DNA from: a virus
IMG/VR virus record: IMGVR_UViG_3300025816_000008
Span: 1 to 64,000 of that record
Strand: one strand, 5' to 3'
Length of the DNA: 64,000 bases
In this document: piece after piece, positions 19,232 to 29,700 of the stretch
Layout: each line of letters opens with the position of its first letter
Numbering within the stretch: position 1 is the first letter of the stretch
Notes under the pieces: generated by a model
The model's database searches: none
Seen by the model: the letters and a program-made list of their open reading frames with translations, nothing else
Told to the model about the DNA's origin: nothing
Translations under genes and position numbers: made by a program

Positions 19232-19852
19232 TTAACATCTTTTTAAGTTTTCTAAAATAGAAGTTATGCTATCTTCATTTAGAATAACGTTAAATACTAT
19301 CCAATAACTAGATAATGAAGATGCATTAAATAAAGTATGTTCTTTTAATGTATTTATAAAGTATAAATTACCATGATTCCAGTGTAAGGTTTTGTCACCT
19401 ATCATAAATCTAGTATCAGGCGGGTTACAATTTTCTAAAGGAACTATTAATCTGAATACTTTAACATTTAGTTTGTTTGAATCTCTATGTGCTGGAAAAT
19501 AGCCGCCAGATTCTATTTTTAATACATGAGACCGAAAAATTTTATTTTTCCATGGATCTACGATTAGTTTTAATTCAGGCCATTCAAAAACTGGGGTGGG
19601 AACATTAAAACTAGTTTCTTCCCATGATGTAGAATTTTCAAAGTTATATTCATGAATACTATCTAAATCGGGAATTCCTGTTACGCCACCATCTAAACTA
19701 GTTATGCTTAATCCAAATCTATTATTCTTTTTTCTAGGATTGTATTTAACATAATTAAAATTTTCTTCAGTCCAATTGATAAATTTTTTAGGATTCATTT
19801 TTAATTTAAGTTCTAATTGGTTAGATCCAAATGCTAATAATTTTTCAATCAT
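19232..19852 (-). CDS. Aspartyl/asparaginyl beta-hydroxylase-like Fe(II)/2OG dioxygenase
   Basis: RSHVLKIESGGYFPAHRD, FRLIVPL, GNLYFINTLKEHTLFN. Confidence 0.75.
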   Translation of the reverse strand: MIEKLLAFGSNQLELKLKMNPKKFINWTEENFNYVKYNPRKKNNRFGLSITSLDGGVTGIPDLDSIHEYNFENSTSWEETSFNVPTPVFEWPELKLIVDPWKNKIFRSHVLKIESGGYFPAHRDSNKLNVKVFRLIVPLENCNPPDTRFMIGDKTLHWNHGNLYFINTLKEHTLFNASSLSSYWIVFNVILNEDSITSILENLKRC

Positions 19853-19895
19853 TTATATTATTATACCCCCATCTCTCCTTTAAAGAACACTCTTT

Positions 19896-19924
19896 ATTAT
19901 ACCATGATTTTACAGTAATGTAAA
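19896..19924 (-). promoter_or_regulatory. Sigma70-type (early-like) promoter heading the enzyme island
   Basis: Minus strand TTTACA-N17-TATAAT with extended -10 TG. Confidence 0.75.
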
Positions 19925-19927
19925 TAG

Positions 19928-19990
19928 TATAAATAGCATAAACATATTTATCTATAGTTTATGTTAAGTGAGGGCAAAAGGCTATAAATA
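19928..19990 (+). promoter_or_regulatory. Two T4-type late promoters (TATAAATA at 19928 and 19983)
   Basis: Exact gp55 consensus upstream of the virion gene at 20017. Confidence 0.75.
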
Positions 19991-20016
19991 GTATAAACCA
20001 ATATTGAGGGGCGGTT

Positions 20017-20406
20017 ATGGCACACTACGAAGATTTATCAATTGACCAGGGAACAGATGTAGTAATTCAGCTTGAACTGTTTAATCCTGATGGTAGTAGA
20101 AAGCAGCTAATTAACTGGGATTCTGACGCTGGCCAATTTGGTGCATTTTATGACATGCGTGGAAAAATCAAAAAAAGTTATAACTCTACTGATTCAGCTG
20201 AAGTATTTTCTTGTACAGCTTTTAATCCAGCTAATCAAGAAAATATTTTACAAATATCATTAACAAATGTACAAACAACCCGTATGAAAGCCGGTAGATA
20301 TGTCTATGATGTCGAATTAGAAGGAATTGATAGTTCAACTGGAATAGGTGTAGTTGAAAGAATATTAGAAGGGAAATTAACACTTTCTCCTCAAGTAACA
20401 ACATAG
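20017..20406 (+). CDS. Small virion/baseplate-associated protein
   Basis: LSIDQGTD...GRYVYDVE...RILEGKLTLSPQVT, recognised from T4-like phage structural regions; late promoter. Confidence 0.6.
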   Translation: MAHYEDLSIDQGTDVVIQLELFNPDGSRKQLINWDSDAGQFGAFYDMRGKIKKSYNSTDSAEVFSCTAFNPANQENILQISLTNVQTTRMKAGRYVYDVELEGIDSSTGIGVVERILEGKLTLSPQVTT

Positions 20407-20415
20407 GATAACGAT

Positions 20416-20652
20416 ATGGCAATTAAAATAACATCAAATCGTACAATCGTTAAAAACATTAAAGTTGGAACTCCTCTTCCAGCTATTAAAGAAATTAGAA
20501 TTAGAAATAGCCTTAGAGATGTAAGTGATACTGCAATTGCAGCCGGTCAAATACCAGAAGGAACAATGATTGCATTTGATGCCGCCACTGAATTCTGGAC
20601 CGCAACAAGCCACTTAAAGGCACAAATAATAGATGGTGGAGATACCTTCTAA
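20416..20652 (+). CDS. Small fibre-associated protein
   Basis: LRDVSD...MIAFDAATEFWTA and terminal IDGG motif typical of fibre modules. Confidence 0.45.
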   Translation: MAIKITSNRTIVKNIKVGTPLPAIKEIRIRNSLRDVSDTAIAAGQIPEGTMIAFDAATEFWTATSHLKAQIIDGGDTF

Positions 20653-20656
20653 ACAA

Positions 20657-20664
20657 TATAAATA
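20657..20664 (+). promoter_or_regulatory. T4-type late promoter
   Basis: TATAAATA upstream of the 4427-aa gene. Confidence 0.75.
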
Positions 20665-20703
20665 AGATTAAATAATAAAGCATTTAGATAGGTTGTTTAT
20701 TTC

Positions 20704-23700
20704 ATGGCATCTATAATCCAGATTAAAAGATCAGGCACGGCAACTGCACCGTCAAGTTTAGCACTAGGTGAATTAGCATATTCATATTATGATAGTATCG
20801 CAGGTGGAACATTATATGTTGGTGTGGGACCAGCCGTTGACTCGACTGCAGTTCCGCAAATAGCAACTCGAGTAGCTGCGGTAGGCGGTGAAAAATATAT
20901 GTCTCTCTTGCAGGCGGCAGGAAATCCTGGTATTGCGGTTGGAAATAAATTTCTTCTTCTTGACTCAGAAAAAGCAGTTGATCTATTATACGTTCATGGA
21001 CTAACTGCTGACTCATCTTATATTAAAGATTTAGATGTTGATAGCGCACATTTAAAACGTTTAACTGCAGACTCAGCGTTCATATGGAAATTAGATGTAG
21101 ATAGCGCTCATATTAGAACATTTACAGCTGACTCAGCATACATATTTGATTTAGACGTAGACTCCGCACATATTTCAAGGCTAACGGCTGATTCTGCATA
21201 CATTTCTCAACTCGATGTCGATAGTGCATATATCTCAAGACTTGATGTTGATAGCGGTTATATTAGTCAACTTGATGTAGATTCTGCATTTATTTCTAGA
21301 TTAAAAGGCGATAGTGCGTACATTTCTCAACTTGATGTTGATAGTGCTTATATTTCAAGACTAATGGTTGACTCTGCATATATTAGTCAACTCGACGTAG
21401 ACTCTGCATATATCTCAAGACTAATGGGTGATTCTGCATACATTTCTCAGTTAGATGTTGATAGTGCCTATATTTCTAGATTAAAAGGCGATAGCGCTTA
21501 TATTAGTCAACTCGACGTAGACTCTGCATATATCTCAAGATTAAAAAGTAATAGTGCCTACATCAGTCAACTTGATGTAGATAGCGGGCATTCTTTATAT
21601 CATAGTTTTGGTATTGCACATAGCCCAGAATATCGTGGTCCAGCTACTATTAAAATCGATCCGTATCCGTTTGGTGATATTGCAGGTGATGTTAATATTG
21701 TTGGTAATCTTAATGTGCAAGGTACGACAACATCAATTAATTCAACATCTGTTACGATCGTAGATAAAAACATTGTTGTGGCTGATAATGCCGCTGACTC
21801 TGCATTTGCATCAGGAGCAGGCATTACAGTAGGTGGTCCTGTCCAAGCATCTTTTACCTGGCAGGCTGGAGCTGCCGGAACACAATATGAAAATTATTGG
21901 ACAACAAATAGACTTTTCTATAATAAAGATTTACAAGCCGATTCAGCATATTTTAAATACCTTAAAGCAGATTCTGCTTATGTTGAGTATTTAAAAGTTG
22001 ATAAACTAGATTTAAATGTTCCGGGCGGCGGATTAAAAATAGGCGCTGTTGCACATGTAGGACCTGATTTTTCTTTACAGGGTGATTCTGACTTTTTATA
22101 TGATTCAACTAATGGATTACAGATTGGAGCAACACAAGGAGTAAATAAAGGATTAACTATTTTACCAACCGGTGAAGTTATATCATATGCACCAGCTGTG
22201 TTTGATAAACTCAGAGTTAACTCTTTAGTTCCAGGTTCACTTTTAACTGTAGGATTAAATGACTCAATTCAAGGCGGCGAATTACATTTTGGCGAACATC
22301 AATCTCACTATTACTTTTTAGGTGCCGGCGGTTCTTTTGATGGTCTTATGTCAGCAAGGCAAGTTGCGCAAGACTCTGGATGGAATAGATTTATTGTTCA
22401 TAAATCAACTGGTAATGTTGATGCATCCGGAGTAAAAATTGGATCTTACAAATATAGACCTGAATTAAGAAATAAATTTGATGCTAACTCAGTATATTTC
22501 CCCGATTCAGCTCAAACAAGAGATTTTTATGGTTTAAAAATAAGTGCTTCTCACGCTGAAAAAGACTCACAGGGTAGACACTATTTACAATCTACTTTAC
22601 CTATCAACTATTTTAAAAGTGATATATCAAAAGCAGACGGGGCATCGATTAGAAGATTTCCTGGAGACGGTGTTAATGCTGCAAACGATTCAGATGTATC
22701 GGTTCTGATAAGAGCAATGTCTCTTGAAGATAGCTCTTTATTTGAAGTTCATAAAGATGGTACTATTAACTTCACCGGTTCTCTTATGCAAAACGGAATT
22801 CCGTTTACTGGCGGCGGGCTATTTACGGCTGATAATATAGATAATGCTTATTTTGAGCCAAGAAATTTTACTGCTACATATCAAGCCGGAGGATTTGGTA
22901 GAATAGGTGTAGGAACTACTAGATCTAAAGCACGATTTGAAGTACATGGTGGCCCATTCCAAGTTAAAGGTCCACTTAATACAGAAGCTGGTTATTCTCC
23001 CCAAACTTCAGGCGAGATATCAATGACCAAAGATGCAAGTACTATATATGGTGCTTTAGCTAATTATGATGAAGCTGATATAGATTCAGATAAAGGCTCA
23101 AGGTTTTCATTTATTCCGGGTAAAGCTGCAACTCGCGGTGGACATTTTACAAATCATAATGATTACAGCTGGAATAATATTGGTACTTATTCCGCGGCAT
23201 TTGGCAAAAATGTTAAAGCTGCAGCTGATTTTAGTTTTGTTGTAGGTGATAGTAGTAGCGTTTTCTCCGGTGCTACTAATTCAATTGCTATGGGTCAACG
23301 TAATGTAGTTAAAGGCGGAAATAATGTATTAATAGGAATTGAAAACTCAGATCGAAGTGGCGGCATTGCAACAACAATTGCTATTAATAGTGTTTTGATT
23401 GGCCATAATAATACTACTGCTGGAAACGCAAGCTATATGTTTGGTAAAAACAATATGGCTTTACCATCTGGTAATAGCACATTATTAATTGGCGAAGGAA
23501 ATAAGTCGCTTGGTGGTAATTTTAATAATATAATTGGTATTGATAATACAGCTGACGGAAATTCTTCATTCATATTTGGTTATCAGGATTCGGTCAGCGG
23601 TCTTTTAGCGTTTGCTCTTGGTTATGATAATAAAGTTTCTGGTAATCAATCTTTTGCTATTGGCCATGATCAAATTATTCAGGGAGCTAACTCGTTTGCT

Positions 23701-26700
23701 ATTGGCGGTGGTGGTAAAGTTGTTGCTAATAACAGCATAAATATTAGTTTAAGACCATCAACAGCAACTCCAGGCGCTGGTCAAGATCCGGCTAATACAC
23801 TTCGAAATATTGTAGGCCAAGTTGATGATGAAAATCTTTTAGCTATTCAAGGTGGTAACGTATCGATTGGTAGAGAATCTGATATGTTTAATCCAGCCAC
23901 TCAAGGTGCTGGTAATTTATTTGTTGGTGGCAGTATTCTTTACGGCGGTGAAGTATTTAAATTAAATCCGTTTGGTGGAGCTCCAATCGCCGGCAATCCA
24001 TTTGAAGACGATGGACAATTTATTCTTATGGAAACACCAAGAAATGTTGGTGTTGGAAAAACGGCTCCTAATACAGAGTTTGATATTAGAGGTGATTTCC
24101 AAGTTGATGGAACTACACTATTAACTTATGCATCCACAGATTCTGCTATATTTGATTCTGCTGGGACCTTCCCAGGTAACACATATAATAATATGTTTAT
24201 GTATAGTTCAAGAGCTGGACTTATTAGAGCTGGTAAGGTTTTACTTGATGAGCATGTGAATTCTGACTTAGGAGTCTTCTCTATAGGTATGGGTGAAGAA
24301 CCTTATGCTAGAGGTAAAAACTCTATATCTCTTGGCGAAAAAAATAAAGTTGGACAAAGAAGAAGTCAAGGAAATATAGTACTTAGAGGCACTGCTACCA
24401 CTACACAAGGTAGAAACAGTATTGCTATCGGTAAAGAAAATATTATTTTAACAGATAATAATCTATTCCTTGGCCAAAATAATATTCAAGACTCAATTAA
24501 TAGTGGAACAGATCTTTATACTATAGGTAGAGATAATTTGTTCGGATTAGCAAATGCTTCTACAGTAAGAAGTACAAATAAATCTTATGTAATAGGAACA
24601 AGTAATACTCTTTATACAAATGGAAATCAAAATTTCATATTTGGTGAAAGTAACGAAGTTTTTCATGATAATTTTACTAACAATTATATTATTGGTGCTG
24701 GCTGGAAAGATTCGCATTCAGTTCATAATGTAAATCCACAATATGGTGGGATAACTGGTGGTGGCGCTAAAAATACAACTTTCATCGGTGGAAATGCGTT
24801 TATTCCTACAGGATTAGAAAACGGCATTGTAATTATGAAGCCGGCAATTTTCAACGATTCTGGAACAAGTCTTTTTGATAGTGCTCTTGTTAATAAAGGT
24901 TTAAATAATACCAATATTATGATTGGTAAAACGGCGCAGGTGGCACATGGTAATTCTACAATTTATAATTCTGGCTTTAATAGAAATTATACATTAGATA
25001 TTCACGGTGATGTAAATATTGATAGTGGTGCTACACTTCATATCGGCGGTCTTAATATTAAAGACTTTATTGCTGGAACTGCTCCAACAGTTGTTGTTAC
25101 CGGTGTAATAAAAACTACCCCGGTTAGTACACCCTCTACACAAACATCAGCATTTTCTGTTTCTCAAGCCCTAGCCGCGGTTGTAAACGTACCTGCTGGC
25201 GGGCATTTACTTGGATCACCCGGTGGGGGTGGTACTGCAGCTACGCATCCTGGTGGAGGTGGACCCGGCACTGGATTAGCTGTTAAATTTAGTAATCTTA
25301 CTAATGGATCTAGTGGACCTTCTAGTAGCTTTAATTATACATCTGCTGCCGATAATGTATATTTTGTTCAGGCAGTTGACGCTATTAATTTTAATTTATT
25401 TACTGATAGAGCATGTACTACTGCACTCGATACTCAAAGTGAAAACATATTTGTTCCAAGTGCTGCACCTGCCGGATCATATGAAGTTGTAACAGTTGTA
25501 GCACCCATCTCAGGCGCCGGTGCGGCGTGGGCATTCGATACTACCGGAACAAATTTAACAATTACTACAACAGCACCACATGGATTAACAGTAGGTGATG
25601 GTGTTAGATTATCAGGTATTACTGGTGGAACATTTACAGATCATAATGGAAAAACATATTTTGTTGGACCTGATGCAAATGCTGATGGATTACTAGATGC
25701 TGGTTATACTAATAAATTTGAATTATTTACAGATGATGTATTAACAGTTCCAGTTTTAAGCGCAGATTATACCGGAACTCCAGTTACTACCTCAGCAAAT
25801 TATATTCATGTCATACCTCAACAACAAACTACTTCAAGTGCTAATTTAAATGTTCTAGGTAAATTAACTGTTGGCGATAGCGCTACTGTAGAAGGCTCAG
25901 TTCATTTTAGACAGTCTGTTTCAGGTAGTGTATTTACGATTGGTGATAATCCTGGTACTGGCGAAAGAATGTCATTTGATAGTTTTGTTGTAAGACCAAC
26001 TGGTGGACTTATTCCAATTCTAGAAAATCATTTAGATTCTGCATATGTTCAAGAAAGAGTTTCTATTGATAACTTCTGGGCATTAAAAGGTGGCAATCAG
26101 CTTATTAATCACCAAAGCCCTAGAACAAATCCAATCGTAATTAATAAAAATAATATAGATGCTGATGCTGGTTATGAAGATATCGACGCGGCTGGTAATG
26201 CAAGATGGAAATTCCAGCTTGATATGGATGGTATAGCTAGAATAGATATTCCAGCTGCTTATGCTTCTAGACCAATTGAAGACGTGGCTTCACGTCAAGC
26301 TGCAGTTGATCATAAATCTCCTATTATTACTACATCTAATAATGATAATCCGGTTGCTTGGCCAACTGAAGAATATCTTGCAACGATTGTTACTAATGAT
26401 TATGTAAAAAAGAGAATGAATATTGACTCGGCAGTTATTTCTTCTGTTATTGATTCTGGTTATATGAAAACTATTATTAGTCCTAACTATATTCTTCATC
26501 ATGCTAATGATAGTTCACATTGGAGAAGATCCGCTGATGGTCATACTCTTTATTTTGGTGGCCTTGGATTTAATGCTGATACTCAAGTCGCAATTGGTGC
26601 AGATAGCGCTCCTATTGATCGTCCAGGATCTAGATTATATGTTAGAGGTGATGTAAGAGTTGATTCTGGATTTAGTGCTGGTGGACATAGTATTATTGAA

Positions 26701-29700
26701 GGATCTAAGGTAACAGTAGATTCAGAATACATATTTAATTTTACTGTAAATGCAGCTGATAGCTATTTCATCACACATCCTAATTCAATAATTTATGATC
26801 AAACAGGAATTACTAATGCATTTGTAAACAATACTGATGTTGGTATGGCATATGGTGAATCCGCAGCTGTGTTTTCTATCAGTGGAACGCCAACTCTAGA
26901 CTCAGATTTTATGAGTGTGATGTTAGTTACTCCTAAAGACGTCAATAACCCATTAACTAGTGGGTTCGATTCTACACCTTTAACAAAAGGAACGTATAAC
27001 GCTGTTGGAAATGGAATAGCTACCGGCGATTGGGTTTGGCAGAATGGCACTCAAATTCAAATACGTGAGCAATCTGTTCCTGGATATGACAGTATAGGTC
27101 AAGGGGCTCCGTTGACACATACTCATTCTATTGACATTATTAATAGAGGTTTACATACTACAAACTTAACTACAAGTGGTAATACACTCAGCGTATTAAG
27201 ACTTCAAGATACTGATAATTCAACTCCACGCAATGTTCTTGAATATATTAAAAATGGTTTAACACAAATATTTATTAATAGCGGATCGGGATTTATTGAA
27301 CTTGACTCTGGTGGAGAGAAATGGGAAGAAGTAACTAACTCTCTCATACACATTTATGATTCAGAAGCTAATACAAGATTGGCAGTCGGCGATCAGATTA
27401 AAGTTAAAACAAGAAGCAGAAAGAATGATGCATCTCTTACAGTTAAAGGTCCTCTTTCTGTTATTGCTGATAGAAATCTTCGCAATCCACCAATTTTATT
27501 AAGTGGTAATTTAAATATTGCTAGCGAAGGTGATAGTGGATCAGCAAAAGCTACTACACGGTTTACATTTGAAGATAGCGCTATATTTAAAATTGGATTT
27601 ACATTAGACAGCGGTATTGGTAAAATCCAAAATGGCGGATTGTTATTTAGTTACAAAGAGCGCAGGGCCGATGAAGCTTGGCGAACATTATATGGTGGAG
27701 CTGTTTGGGATTCTATTGGACAAACCATGACATCTGGCGAATCTGCTGAATTCTATTTTGGTCCATATTATCCTGCATCTTATGATTCAGCAAAAGGTTT
27801 TAATTTGGTTAATCCTTATGTTGGAAGATCTTTTGATTCTAATATTATAAGAATTGTCAATGATGATTATATTGGATCAAGAATTACTGATCCTTGGAAT
27901 AGAATAGGCACATCTCCATATCAACAAATATACTATGATGAAGAAGGCGGCGTGATTATCGGTAAAAAAGATATGATCGATCCATTTGATCAAACTAGAT
28001 TTGCCGTAGATTCTGGTAATGTATTATTCTTAAGCTCAATCCTAATTGATAGCTCTGAGCATCCAAAAGCAGGCGTAGTTCCAAGAACAGGCACTGGCGA
28101 ACAGCTTGATTCTGGTGCAAGATTAATGTGGATTCCTGGATATGGATCCTTTAGAGCTGGTTATGCCGATGGTACAAATGTAACTTGGGATAGTGGAGAA
28201 GTTGGTATATTCTCACAAGGTATTGGTGCAAATGTTTTAGCTACTGATCATTCAACAGCTATCGGCTATAATGTATCTGCTGGTAACGTTGATTATGCTG
28301 CTAATGGCCGTACAAAACAACCATTACACACTACTAGAGTTGTTTCAATAGGACATACAATTACCAATCCTGGACAATTTAGTGTTGCGGTAGGTAAAGA
28401 TATTACAAATAGCAATAAGCAAAATTCGCTATCTCTTGGTATTGGTATCACTAACGTAGGAGCAAAGGGTACATCTAAAACAGATGAAGGTGGAGTTGCA
28501 ATTGGTAAAACACTTGAAACTGGCCGTGGAGTTGTAATTGGTAGAGATATTACTGGCGATGATGGCAATGTTGCTTCTTATGTAAATAATACTGCTATTG
28601 GATCTTTACTTGTTAATACAAATAAAAATGCTGTATCAATTGGATATAATTTAACAGGCGGAGAAGCAGGATTAAATATTGGTAGAGATAATTATCCTAC
28701 CAGCTCAAGCGCAGCACCCGGTAAAAACTCTATTTTAATAGGTCAAAATAATACTACTGGTGCTGGTGGTATGGCAATAGGTCATAGTTCGGCTGCAGGA
28801 AAAACCGCAGTAGCAGTAGGTTCAAGTGTGGTAGCAAGTGGTTCCACATCTACCGCGATTGGTATTGGAAGTAAATCGTCTGGTAATAACTCAGTTGCAA
28901 TTGGTATTAATACTCAAGCAACTGGAAGAAGTTCTATATCTTACGGTGTATCTAATAAAGCAAATGGCAACACCTCCACTGTCTTTGGTAAAGATAATGT
29001 TGGATCTGGTAATGGATCAGTTACATTTGGAGTTAGTAATACTACTGGTAAAAATTCTCAGATCTTTGGTAGCAATAATACTAGTATCTCTGAAACAAAG
29101 GTGTTTGGTTCTGCTAATTTATCTACATTTAAAAATGCTAAAATTTATGGTGATGCAAATGAGACTGTAAACAACGCGGCTAAAGTTTATGGCAATGAAA
29201 ATAAAAATATTGTATATAATTCAGAAGTATATGGCTCTTCTAATGAGAATTGGTATGGAACAAGGGTATATGGTTCAGACAACGTAAATCTTACTGGTAG
29301 AAACAGTTCCGCAAATGGGGGACAAGGTAACTATATATTTGGTGGTCAAAATATACAAACCAAAGGCGGGAATATTTACGGTACTCGTAATAACATTACT
29401 GGATTTGGTGATGCTTACGGTAAAGACAATATAATTACTGATTTTGGTTGGGCTTATGGCGATCTAAATACTATTGTTAATGGAGGTCACGCTTATGGTT
29501 ACGAGAATACAGTCGACGGTGGCACATCTAATCTTGCTTATGCATTTGGTAGTAAAAATAATGTAGGCGAAAATGGGTTTGGATTTGGTAAAGAAAATAC
29601 TGTCAGTAATGGTGGTATGGCTTTAGGTTCATATGCTCAAGCTTCGGGTAACGGTGCAATATCGATAGGTTCCGGTGTATCTGTAACTGGAACAAATTCT

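Noticed and set aside
2084-19852. DNA hypermodification cluster as the main explanation
   Set aside because: No recognisable TET/JBP, cytosine methylase, thymidylate-synthase-like hydroxymethylase or nucleotide kinase in the window, and desaturases do not fit. Not fully excluded, since partners may lie outside the window
19862-19880. Mini-ORF (Met-Gly-Val) after AAGGAG in the island leader, minus strand
   Set aside because: Only 2 nt between the SD-like sequence and ATG, too short for efficient initiation
21001-21600. Possible CRISPR array (30-bp periodicity; also the 27-bp array at 30883)
   Set aside because: No unique spacers; units are in-frame coding repeats with synonymous variation; no cas genes
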